A stretch of 63,435 nt of DNA, filler included, from Intoshia linei (lineage: Eukaryota; Animalia; Orthonectida), in NCBI GenBank assembly GCA_001642005.1. It is 9 parts of 9 records of this genome, joined end to end, with 100 filler letters (N's around TTAATTAATTAA, not from the genome) between each part and the next. Parts side by side here need not be neighbours in the genome. Positions count along the whole stretch, not along the records: positions 36,946 to 48,868 come from LWCA01001130.1; positions 48,969 to 50,882 come from LWCA01002461.1; positions 50,983 to 60,641 come from LWCA01001343.1; 6 more parts are not named here. One strand, given 5' to 3'. Under the pieces are notes generated by a model. The model worked only from the letters and a program-made list of their open reading frames with translations, did not search any database and was not told the origin of the DNA. Positions within the stretch are counted from its first letter, which is position 1. Each line of letters opens with the position of its first letter. A program made the translations under genes and the position numbers. This document shows positions 40,383 through 53,541 of the stretch, one piece after another.

Positions 40383-41958
40383 TATATTAAGGTGTCTTTT
40401 AAAACACTTTTTTTAAACAATGCAAAAGTAGCCAACGGGGAAAGATGAAACTTTTTATTGGGAACAAGATGATGTGCTTGAAATTGTCTAAATCTCAAAA
40501 AAATCCTTGATTTTTTGCATTTTAAACTAATTTTTAATACAATTTTTCAAAAACGAACATGAACTTTATTAAAAAAATATTGGTGTGGTAACAATGTGAA
40601 TTCATGCGTATAAATAGTATATGTAACATTTGTGAGTATATATAATGTATATGATTATCACAGTTTATTAGAAATTCATCTCAATAAAACTCTATTTTAC
40701 CCAAAAATTCATCAAAAACAGAATTTATAGGATAGAGAGTTTTATGGTGTTTTTTTTCTAACAATTATGACATTTGGGGTACGTGATCTTGTTCGCAAGA
40801 ATTTTTGTTATATTAGTATTTGGCTACTTTTGTGAATTTAGTTAATATAATTAATTAGCAGTGAAAATAAGATTAATCAATTTTATAAAAAATAAAAATT
40901 TTTTTTTTTAATTTATACGCGATTCATTAAATTTCTAGTACCCTGAAGTTTAAAATTGATCTATACTGAATGGGAATTTGAGGATAAAAATCTGAAAAAT
41001 AGTAATAAAAAAAATTAATCCAAAAATTTTTTGTAAAATATTATGCAATATATTTATTAATTTTTCATTTTTATCCGAATTTTTAATTTGTTAGACAATG
41101 AATGTTTAATAATAACAAAAATTAAATTATAGTTACTTTCTAAAAAATTTGGTTTTGATTGTGAATATGCACTTTTTTGATGTTGCGATTTATGATAATG
41201 CTCATGTTTTTAAAAAGTATCCCAAAATTTATGTTTAATAAATTTTTTCATTTAAAACAAAGGGTAATTTGGGGTTTTGACCATGAAAATGTCAGTTTCT
41301 GAAGATTGAGATTTACGACAATGTTAATGAATTTTTAACTCGTCACAAAATGTTTGTTTTTATCATTTTAGGGGGTATTTTATTTAAAAAAAATGACAAA
41401 TTGGGTTTTTGAATCTGAAGGACTTAATTTCGAAAAAAATAAGATAAATATAAACATCGCCCTTAAAAAAAACGTATCATAAATTGGGTTTTTTAATTAT
41501 ACGACTGTTAATTTTTTAAATAAACGGTAACACACATACAGACGTTTAATTTTATACAAGTAAAGGATTTAGCTAAAAATGTATGTCTGTTTATTTTTCT
41601 GTCGGTCTGTAACCATTTATTTAAAACATTAGCATGTGTAGTGTTTTAAAAACAGCAATTTCTAATACAATTTTGATAGGGTGAGGTTTTATTGCAAATT
41701 TAATTTCAACAAATTGAGTTATTCAGGATTAAAAAACCCCAATTATAATTAAGGATAATTATCCGTTTTTTATAAAATCACACGAAGCCTAGAATTTAAA
41801 AAATTTACAATTTTATAAACATTTTAACATTATGAATATTATCATAAGTTTCAATTTCCAAAAACTATATAGTCACGACCAAAACCACAAATTACCCATT
41901 TTTCTATTAAATACAAAAAACTACATTTGTATATACATGTTTTTGCATTTTGTATATA

Positions 41959-43525
41959 CACTGCGTTCCAAGTTATTATGCAAACATTAAAAACATTAAT
42001 AATTTAAAAAGTAGTCATTTCATTCTATTAATCTTTTTATTATAATGTAATCATTCACCATATACAACTTTATTGTTACATAAGAATTTATCACGTTTCC
42101 AAAAAAGCATTCTATTTAACATTTTATATTTTTGGGTAATTTTTAGTGTGCCAAATTATTATGCTAATCAAAATTTAGGATAATTATGGGTAAATCAACA
42201 TCACTTAATGTTGATGAAAAGGATAAAATCCTGAAAATGTTAAATAACAGAATATTGATAAATGAAATAGCTTCAAATTTTAAATCTTCAATTAATCTTC
42301 AAATTATCGCACAATCCGTCGATATATAGAAAACCCTTCCGACATGAGAAGAAGAAAGCCAAAGGGATCATTCAGAAGAGTATTTTTTAAAGATATATCT
42401 ATATCAAACTAGAAATGGTTCGAAACCCTCTTAGCACTTACTAACTTACTTAACTAATATACCCAAAACTACGAGATGCAGACTATTAAAAACAGTTGGT
42501 AAAGTCAGTCATGCTAAAGGTAAACCAGGTTTAACCAAACGAAACCTGGAATTACGACTATTCTGGGTTAAAAATTACATGAAGATAAATTTTTCAAATG
42601 TAATTTTTACCGATGAAACCAGAATATCTTTAGATAAGCTAAATTTGTGGAGTAAGGGTTGGTTAGTGAATAATAGATCACCACCAAACCGTTTAAGGCG
42701 CATAAAGGGGTGGGAAAATAATGATTTGGGCAAGCATTGTGAAAGACACTATTATTGGGCCTTTTAAGTTAGATGATTGAGTCAAAATTAATTCTGAAAC
42801 ATACTGTGCGTTTTTAAAAAATAACGATTTTTTGTAGATAAAAAAAGAGAAAAAAGCTTTCTTAAAAATTTTATTTATATGCATGATTATGCCCCAAGTC
42901 ACGCATTCCGTCATACAAAATAATATCTTTCATCAAATGGCTATGGATCAGAAAAAATAATGTGTTGGCCGCCAAATTCTCCCGATTTTAATTGTATTAA
43001 AAATCTATGGTCCATAATTAAAAGAACGATATACAGTGGAAATAAACAATAACAATCAAAAAACGATCTATGGCATGCAATTTTGACAGAAATCAAAACA
43101 ATCGATGCAAAAACAATTGAAAACTTCACGAAATCCATGGATCAACGACTTTTTCTTGTAATATCCCGGAAAGGGGGGGGGGGTATAATATTATGTAAAC
43201 TTATTACATTTTTTTTACTTGAATTTGGTTTAAAATACAATGGATTATATTATTTAAATATTTCAAAATATTTGGTTTATTTGTATTAACATTGAAATTA
43301 TTGTTTAATATTAATTTGCTTAATAATTTGGCACACCAAAAATCACAAAATTTTCTTAAATCTTCGTGTATTCATTTTTTTGGAATACATTACGTTTTTC
43401 TTGGGACGTTAAAGTATTATTAGTTGAAATATATAAATATGATAAAACAAAATTAATAGAATTAAGTAACTACTTTTTAAATTATTAATGTTTTTAATGT
43501 TTGCATAATAACTTGGAACGCAGTG
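41959..43525 (+). mobile_element. Full-length but inactivated Tc1 element (IR/DR type)
   Basis: TA TSD, more than 55 bp of near-perfect outer TIR CACTGCGTTCCAAGTTATTATGCAAAC, and inner direct repeats. Transposase MGKSTSL...FTDETRI...MHDYAPSH...WPPNSPDFNCIKNLW has stops, frameshifts and the catalytic E changed to K. Confidence 0.95.
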
Positions 43526-43756
43526 TATAATATCCTAAAATTTTAAAAAAATCAGATTTAATACAGGTTTCCAGTTACCATACTTAAAAAATTTTAATTT
43601 CACAAAGTTAAACCTTCAAGGTAAAAAAATACCAATGGACCATGTAGAGAATATAATAATTATAGTTATAGACTAAAATATTTTGAATAAATGTACATTG
43701 TAATGTAACATAATTTACATACTAAAATATAAGTATAATTAATGAATAGTGTATAA

Positions 43757-44443
43757 CAGTGCTTCTAAATTTTTTTCCATTAGAATGCACTTAGAAACCA
43801 TTAAAAAATTATTGGATACTTATTAAAAATCTTTACTATAGTATAAGATTTTGCAAGGAAAAGCTGCAAATTTACGAAAAAAATCTGATTTAACGGATGA
43901 TCTGTGAAATCGTGTATAATTCGTTTTCAATTTTTAGCTTAACCCTAATAACATTTGCTGGGCAACCGTTTGAGATACATTGGTGTATAACAGGGGTGCT
44001 TAAACTTTTTTTAATGCGATCGACTTTAAAATTTTTTAACGAATGGCGATAGACTAATACTTTAACTAGAAAAATGTTTTGATCGGAACCTATGTTAAAA
44101 ATTAAAAAGTATTATCGTAGAAAACATAAAAATTACAATTCGGAATAATTCGAAGCACTTTCGCTGTATATTTGAAAAATATCGGCAAAATCTAGTATAA
44201 GAAATAGTGGACTAATCCAAATGTTATAATTTAATGTCGCAAGTATATCATTTAATAATATTGATAGATAAAGAATTAAATAAGAAAAGTTCCGTTAATT
44301 AATTTATTAATTCTATTAATATTAAAATAAATTATTTTAAAAAATTGTTTTAAAATAGAGATCATTTTAATGACGAGTATTATTAAAATAAAAAATTTAT
44401 TTTAATTTTTTAATCTTGGCGATCGATAGGTTGGGCATCCCTG
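43757..44443. mobile_element. Two tandem hAT MITEs (43757..43982 and 43991..44443)
   Basis: GTGTATAA occurs before, between and after the two elements. Termini CAGTGCTTCTAAA/TTTGAGATACATTG and CAGGGGTGCTTAAAC/GTTGGGCATCCCTG. Confidence 0.8.
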
Positions 44444-45561
44444 GTGTATAAGAACGATGTATAGTGAAAAATGTTAACATACATGTATAATGTATTAGTG
44501 TTTTATACACGCTTGATAAATACCACATTAATATTTAAATTTACTTTCTAATAAATAAATGAGTTAAATATTTTTTATTACGAGCATATCCATCCGCGAG
44601 TCAAAATGATAGAGAATGATACGAAAAATGTGAATAATATGTATAATAATAAAAAAATAATAATATAATACAATATACATGTATAAAAATTACGATCTAA
44701 ATTTAAACAAATTAAAGGTAATTTTAAACATAATAAAATGTTGTGGAACGTTGAATTGCACCCAAATTCAATTTATTTAACTGAGAATAAATTATTTTTT
44801 AAATTTTTATCATTATGCTTTTCAGAAAGTTGGACAGTGTTATTATAATAATTATTAATACAGAGTTATCCACTTATATATTCAGTTTTGTCCATTTATT
44901 TATGCACTTTTGTTCGTCCATATATACACCTTTGGAATTTTCAAATTATCGTTATTATTTTATCAAATCTTAAAGGGGTAATTAATGATTGTAGGTCTAC
45001 TCTATACCCTTTTTTATTACTATTTTCTATCAGTCATTTATTGTGTATATTTCTCTTCTTAATAATTTTTATGAAATAAAAATAAAATGAAACAATTACA
45101 TATAATACACTAGGTTGACTGTTATGTACTACGTAAAAACAAAACCTAGCTCTATCGAGGGCATAATTTTATTCTACCAAAAAAATATCATACATACATA
45201 AGTGAACAACTCTGTATATATGGTATATAATTACAATTATTGTTAAAGTATAATTGTGCATGATATTATATTAAAATATTATTTACAAGCTGTATTATTA
45301 TTATTATGTATTATTATATACAAATTTATTATATAGTAATACTGCAAAAACATGTATTAAATATGCATGTAACGTTATAAATATTTTAAAATTTTAAAAT
45401 TGTAATTAGAATGAATTATAATATTATTTATTTAAATTTTAAGTCAGCTTAATAACATTAATTAATAATTATAATAATAAAAATGATATAAATAACAATT
45501 AATATATTAAAAAATGAATTATATTTACCAACTAATTTTAATTTTTAATAATACGTTATAA

Positions 45562-46022
45562 CAGTGATTCTTAAACCACAAAATTGTTATCCCTTACTCA
45601 AATAGTATCCACTTGAGTGCAGTTAATTTTCAAAGTGTCTGTCCAATTTAAATAATACAAGTTTATATTAGATGTTATGTTTTGTGACCAGGTTTTTAGT
45701 TCGAATCATATTTTTATTACATTTATGATTAATTTAGATTTCATTACATTTTTATTAGTGTCAATCACATATTGTTTTATACCTACAGACTTTTATATAT
45801 ATTATAAAAATACTTATCTATTATTATCTATATCAAATACTTTTTTACTTAGTTTTTAGATTAGATAATTTATATAAATTTTTTTATTCGAAAAAAATTT
45901 AAGGTAGTAATATTCTTTATGTCCCATTGAAATACAATTAAGTCATTTATGAAATTTTAAAAATTTTTTTAAAATTATAAGCGGGTCCCTAGGGACACTC
46001 CCAACAAATTTGAGAATCACTG
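45562..46022. mobile_element. hAT-type MITE
   Basis: TIR CAGTGATTCTTAAA/TTTGAGAATCACTG. TSD is degenerate. Confidence 0.65.
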
Positions 46023-49000
46023 TATTAATATAATAATTATGTTTCTGTAATAATATTTACAGTTAAAATAAAAATAAGTTAATATAATTACTGACTATTA
46101 AAATTAAAAAATGATTAAAATGAAAAAATATTTTAAAAAATTAAGAGCGCTGTACTGTAGGATTTTTCATAAAATCATTCTTAAAATTTAATTGAAATCA
46201 ATTTACATAATAAATTATGGATAAATCTTAAGATTACATAATTTGCAATATATTGTTTATAAAAAGAATGATATGCTTATTGAATCGTGAAAATTTCAAT
46301 TACTGAGTCTAGAATATTTAACGAGACACCATCACAAATAAGATATTCAATCAGATCAAACAAAAAAATCGGCAAGCAAAGAATTAAACTAATCATACAA
46401 AAAGCATTACTTAGTGTTAGCCAAAACAATTATAATAATTATCAAATTTATATTTAAGTAGACATATCTTTTGTTTATCAAAAGCTATAGTAAAATGTCA
46501 GCCTAGTTTACAAAGCTGAGAAAAATCCATTGAACCTGTACATTTTAAACTATTTAAATTAAATATGCACTGAATGACAGCATTTTCAAATTCATAACTA
46601 AAATATTGCGTATTTATATATTCATTACTGACTAATTAATAATTTTAAATTTATTCATGAAAAAGATACATAATAAATGTATAGAAACATTTAGCACATA
46701 TTTATTTACACGATATATAAGTAAATATAAATTTACTGACTATAAAATAAATTTTAAACGTTTATACTTAGACGTATTCAATGTAAAAACATTTTTGTTA
46801 ATTCATATACATTTAATAATATGTACAGAACGTATTAAAATTTAATTGTATATTTTACAAGTAAATTTTTAATTATATAAACCATTTCCCTTCATTTTTT
46901 TAAAATGTTTGTTATGTCAATCAATTTTTTATTCTAATATTATGTATAATTTATTACTCACTACAATAATTTATAATAAAAACTTGAAACTATACTGCAT
47001 ATTATGCATAATTTTATTTATTATTATAAATATTATTAACATTATTAATACAAAAAATATATTCTTCGTTAATTTTACATACTAAAATTACGATAAATAA
47101 AATTTTTTATTAATAAATTTTTTATATGTTCAGGTTAGAGTAGGGTTTCTGAACCTTTTTTAAATTTAGCACCCTGTTAGCAACATAAATTATTTCCGAT
47201 ATCAAAGTAAAAAATAATACAATTATATTTTAAAATTGAACGAAAAAATGGTATTTTATTAAAATTTTTAAAAACACATCTATTATTACTTTGTTTTTGT
47301 GTGTGTTACAGTTTATTTCAATAACTACTAGTTTTAGAATTTTATAAAGTCCACATTTAAATTACATTTTTTTCTGAGGTGTTAGAAAAATAAATTCTCA
47401 CTTCTCAAATTCACATCTTACAGATTAAAAAGCCCAATTGTCCTTTATTGAAAATCAAACGAGTGTGAGAATTTAAAAAAATATGGACTCTGATACGGAT
47501 ATTAAAATTATACATATTATCATAAATTTAAATTTAGAAAAAATATATATTCAGGGTCAAAACAACAAATTATCTTTTTTTGTAATGAAAATTACACTAG
47601 AATTTGAAAAAAATTACAGGTGGTACAGTTGTATCCTGTTAACACACATAACAAATTTCAATCAAAATAAGTTACGCCTTCACAGTCCAAAAAGAATTTT
47701 AGTATTCATATATTTTTTTTCCGAAATATTTTATTAAAAAAATAATGTGAAATAATTAAAAATCTAAAAATTAAAAAAAAGATTAATTTGATAGAGCCTA
47801 TTCCAGTTAATATAAATACAAAATTTAAATCCCAGAAGTCGTCACATTCCCGGTGAAAAATAATTTTTAATATTAAATAAAAATTAAAATAGTTTTTTTA
47901 CCACCTCCCAAATTAATTATAGCACAACTACGGGTGCTAAAGCCCCAATTAAGAAACTCTAGATATAAGAGAAAATATAAGTTAATGTTAACATTTCCGA
48001 CAATACATTGCATTAAAATTAATATTAAAATTTACTTGCTTTATATGAAAAATTAAATTAACTTTTATGTGAATCAAATGTATTTGATAATGTCGTTATA
48101 ATATATAATTATAATTAAAATTATTATATATAATAATAATTAATATGTCGATGTGATTTATCAATACTGGCACTGTTATATCATGCACAACTGATTAGTT
48201 TTTAATATTTTTTGGTTCGTGTTTTTATTTTAATTATAATAAATAATGATATTAATTATTTTTAACAGTTAATTCAATTTTAATTTTTCACACACTTTTT
48301 TGTGTAACTAGGGTTGTCAACTTCCCTTTAACTAAAAAACAATCACACAAAAACGCCATTAAAATCCTATATTGTAAAATGATAAGATTTTTTTAAAAAG
48401 AATAATTTTTATTACATGAATAGAATTGATTTTATTTATATATTAAAGAATAAATTAAAATTTAAGGAACTTATTTTCGGATAGTTTCGTGGTCAGTATA
48501 TTAGGATTAGCGCACATGGCTAACGGTATGGAATATTTTAGCAATAATTAAAAATAATTACCATCGTCTAAAAATCAATATAATTATTTTAATAAGCCAT
48601 TATATAAATTTATAATTAAAAAATGAGACTAAATATTTAATTAATAAATTAATATTTACTACCTAAAATAAGGATATTAAACATAAAACCTTCGCGAATA
48701 TGTGGCTTCTAATTATAAATATTTATAGTATAAAATCTATCAATAATATAATATCTTTATAATATATTTAATATAAAAAATAGTATAATTGAGTAAAAAT
48801 ATTTAATTACTAACTATATATAATTTAACAATATACAATGTATTATATATATATATATATACGTTATTNNNNNNNNNNNNNNNNNNNNNNNNNNNNNNNN
48901 NNNNNNNNNNNNTTAATTAATTAANNNNNNNNNNNNNNNNNNNNNNNNNNNNNNNNNNNNNNNNNNNNGCGCGACAGCTATTATGCTCGGCAAAATATTT

Positions 49001-49384
49001 GTACTTTATCAAATGAATTTAAAATTTCTACCCGTTAATATTTGTTGGTACAGTCAACCCTCTACTAAGTGAACATTTGGGACTCGAATATTTGAGTGTT
49101 CATGATTGTAGAAATAGTGAACAAAAAAATTATTGACATAGTAACCGTAAAATGAAAGTTGATATTATAACAATTCACAAAAAAATATAACTTATTTATT
49201 AATTTTACATTTTACAAAGAAAACTAAATAATAAACATTATTATAATAATTATATCAATTCATTTATCATTATCAATAATTACAATCTAATAATGATATC
49301 TACATAATTAGAAACTTGAAATTCATTATTAAAAATTTCATTAATTATGATACTAGTGAAAAAAATCGAAATTGTAATGACCGA

Positions 49385-50726
49385 CTTTTATTGGCGCCGT
49401 ATCTGATATACGAATCAAAAAGTTTCGTGGCCACTTATCTAAAATATTAACCTGTTAAAGTCCATCTTTATATTAAAAAGTGGACTTATTTCGTGTTGTT
49501 GCGAGTAAATTTTTAAAAATTCTTTATATTCTTTAGTATTAATAGTTAATTCGATAACTTTGCAAATGGCATCCTGAGTAAACTAAAAAACATCATAACT
49601 TCACTACGGTATAATATACATTCATCAATTCAGTTAAATTATATATATTGGCTAATTCTGCTTCAATCATGCTAAATTCAGCCAAGTGATATCTACCAAG
49701 TGATTTTTCACTCCTAAAGCATTTTGTGATGCAGTATACGTTACCTAAGCCTCTAAAAATATAATTCGTCATTTTAAAATTATACGGTAATAATGATTCC
49801 AAATGCAATTGTCCACTTTCAGTCAAATAACAAGGTTTTCCAAAGAAATCTGAAGAACCCTTAATAAATGTAAATACATCGATAATGGGTTACCTTTATT
49901 GAGAATAAACCAAGTTCATCTTCACAGCCATGTTGACTAATACTAGGCACGTCACAATAATAAAAATCTTGAGACTAACGAAAAATTTTATGAAAATAAT
50001 CTAAAAGAATACCTGAAATAAATTATTTACTTCTCGGAACAAAGCGGACCTAACTTTTATTAAAGATCCGAAGAGAGTTGAACGAGAACGAATATCAGTG
50101 TGCTTTCGTAAAAAATTAAAATGGTATGTTTGGTTAGATAGGATTGGACACACCTGTTTAAATTATAGTTAAATCATTATAAATGATAATAATGATTTCA
50201 GTATGAAAATTTTGTAAGACCTGTAACAGAAAGTTAAACAAAATAAGCAGTTGTACTACTATTTTAATATTTACTACTGCATTCATCAGTCAATATGTAA
50301 CATGGAAAGTGTAAACATCCCGTTTATTTTGGGATCAGTAATTATCTCAGTAATATTTATTTTGTATTTTGAACTAACCTGATATTATATACCTCCCTTA
50401 TAAAGTTTATAATAAACCTAAAATATTTACGTAACTAATTTTATCTAAATAACAGTTAAAGCCTAATAAATAAAATCAAGCTAATATATATGTGACTGTA
50501 AACATATACTTGAATATAGCTTTTATAAATAATCATCACATTTTTATATATTCATAGATGTATGAACACAGTATTCATTTTAAAATAATATTAAATATAT
50601 GACAAACCTTTTCAGAGTCTCCACATACATGCAACTCAGAAACATTAATTTCATATTTAGGTTTAATTCTATGTGTATCCGATAAAATTCCATACCCATT
50701 TACAGCATTCCCAATTTTAATATCCC
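49385..50726 (-). CDS. NARS2: Mitochondrial asparagine-tRNA ligase, partial (remaining exons presumably lost in the flanking gaps)
   Basis: FLRKHTDIRSRSTLFGSLIKVRS, DFFGKPCYLTESGQLHLESL and GLGNVYCITKCFRSEKSLGRYHLAEFSMIEAE (class IIb motif 2), with an OB-fold exon upstream. Confidence 0.9.
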
Positions 50727-51611
50727 TAAATTAGTTAATAATCAATATCCTAATGTAGTTATTTTAGAAAAAATGGTATAATATATTAATAAAACAAAAT
50801 ATGATCTAGTATCAATACCACAAAAACCTAAATACAGTGGTCGCTCCCTAAATTGAACAGTATCTAAATACACTCAGCGATCNNNNNNNNNNNNNNNNNN
50901 NNNNNNNNNNNNNNNNNNNNNNNNNNTTAATTAATTAANNNNNNNNNNNNNNNNNNNNNNNNNNNNNNNNNNNNNNNNNNNNAATTTTTACTTGGGTATA
51001 CCCTCTATTGAAATATGTGACAACTAATTCGCGCTTCTGAATATTTATTAGACGCATCTAGTTGAAATTTTAAAGAAGAATAATATTAATTACCTATATT
51101 GCAAAAAATACGTTTTTGAAAATAATGAAAGTAAAAGTAAAAATGCTCAAAATTTTTAAAAGAGTATATATTGTTATTTATAAATAAATCAGTTTTTATT
51201 TAATTTAATGTATCGTAGCAACCGAAACAATTTTTTAAGGAGTGGAATTGTTGTTATTAAGTACGTTAGCTACTTAAAAAATTATAAAATTGGAAATTTA
51301 TACAGATTGCGGCGATTTTACTAAGTGCTCAAAACATACGGACGGGTCTGTATAACAATACTTAATACAATGTGATATTATACTATATATGGATCATTCG
51401 AGAATAAAATAATACCTTCGTATTCTTATAAATATATTTTTTGTTATTCATTTTTCATTGCTGACAATTTAATTAATTCAATTCCCATAACTGTTTTTTG
51501 ATAAAAAAATATTTACTCAATAATAAAAATTAATTTATTTAAAATTTTTATCTATCTAAATGTTTTCGTTTTGCATATCGGTGGATCGGTGGATCGGTAA
51601 TAAATTATAAA

Positions 51612-53490
51612 ATGTATTCCTTCTATATCACGAATTTTACTTTTTCAACTGTAAGAAACAAAATATTTTTATCAGACTTTAGTTAATAGTTGTTTATATA
51701 ATTATAATTTAGTCGATCGGTGATAGTGCTACCGAATTATGTAATAAAACATTTCAAAAGGGAAGTGAAGAATTGATCTCTGCTACCGTAAATTTCACAT
51801 AAATGTATTACATCAACTTATTTAGGACAAATTGGAAGCAGTAGCTAAAAATGCTTTTTGCAACGGACGTCGATTTGTATATTATATATTTTATACTGTT
51901 GCATTTAGATCTCTAGACGGGTAAAATTTTGCGGCTCTAATTAGTTTTTTTCTTGTTTATTTTAATCAAAGTGAAAATAATTTACAATAAATTAATTAGC
52001 ATTACATCAGTTAATACAAAAAAATAAATTGAGGGTTAATTCCTTTATAAAAAAAAAATTAAGGCATGGTATCTTTCAGAGACTCTAATAGTTATTGTAT
52101 CGATATTTAAATGATCATATTTTTCATCAATTAGTGCAAAATAACTATGGATGGATTCAATTTAATGTTTGTGAAACTAACAGGAGTTCAGGTAATAAAA
52201 TCAAATATATTATGACTATTATTAATAATAATACATAAAAACCTATTATTATTAAATTGACATTAATTTGTAATATATAGAATCTATATTATAGTTACAC
52301 GAAAAATGTTATATAAATAAAATTGACATGACATTAAAATTTACCTTTACTAACTAACCCTTTTCAAGAACTTGGAAATGTAGAAAGTTTGACATAAACC
52401 AATAGCATATTATAGTAGTTTCTTTATTAAAATTCTAAATTTAATTTATTTGTAATTTATTTTGTCTTTAAAAAAGGGATGATCGATATTTTATATAAAT
52501 AAAAATAATTAGCGAAAAATTAAAAATTTCACACAGGTAAAATAATAATACCATGATGATAATTATTTAATTTAAAATATAATTTGGCGCCAATTTGCTT
52601 TTTTACATCAGCCAATTGTTAGCATGTATAGATTATAATAATAATAAAATGCAAAGAAAATCAAAATTAATATAAAATAAGAAGTAGATTTAAGATAACA
52701 TTTAATTTACACTTTTTTATTGCAAAATATACCATATTATGTACACTTCACAAAAGGTTCTCGAATTATCTACGGCAGTGTTTCTCATGGGGGTCAATAA
52801 TTTAGGAATGATTGCGTAAATTTTAGATGATTGGGGGTGAATGATACATTTTTAGCATATTTAATTTAATTATCCAATTAATTAAAAGCTTATGCAAAAA
52901 AGTCAAAATTTTACCAACGATTAGGGAAAAAATTCCTTTATCTGATCCCATAAGAAAGAACCTAATTTAAAGAATAAATCTACTTTTACCAACATTTTTA
53001 TACGTCGTAGATTCTACGACTATGGATTGGGATCGACCAATCCATAATCGCGATTCACGAACTAAATTTTCTTTGAAAAATAGTTTCAAATTTGACAATA
53101 CAATTAATAATGTTTTAGAAACTACACGCTTACTGTGGAATAATAAAAAAATATTTCGGATCAAAAGTATGAACTTATATATTTAATAATTATTTATTAT
53201 TAATTATTTAATAAATATACACTAATAAATTTAATTAATAATGAACTTAGATACCGAAAGAAAAACAACATTCAAAATTATATAACTTTTTTTTTGGACC
53301 AATTTCAAAAGAGAAAAATGAAATTGTAAAAAAAAAAATTGATGAAAAGAAAACGGAAGAAAAGGAAAAAGCTAAAAAAATTGAAAAAAAGACCACGAAA
53401 AAAAAAAGTGCATATTATGATACAATTGCCGATGGATTAAGAAAAGTACAGACTATTGCAAATTTGGTTAGTAGGATCAAATGGTTTTAA
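51612..53490 (+). CDS. Possible multi-exon hypothetical gene
   Basis: Short AG..GT bounded open segments (SIGDSATELCNKTFQKGSEELISAT; DKLEAVAKNAFCNGRRF) and a K/E-rich last exon ending LVSRIKWF*. Structure unresolved. Confidence 0.35.
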
Positions 53491-53541
53491 AATACAAAGT
53501 ATTACATTAATTTACTTTTATTAATCAATTAAATGTGATTG

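Noticed and set aside
38685-47737. Short I/F/L/K/N-rich ORFs (e.g. 38685..38927, 44888..45079, 46657..46845, 47483..47737)
   Set aside because: Composition is what AT-rich noncoding or repeat DNA gives by chance, with no splice or domain support.
51577-51598. ATCGGTGG short tandem repeat
   Set aside because: Under three copies. Simple slippage with no further structure.
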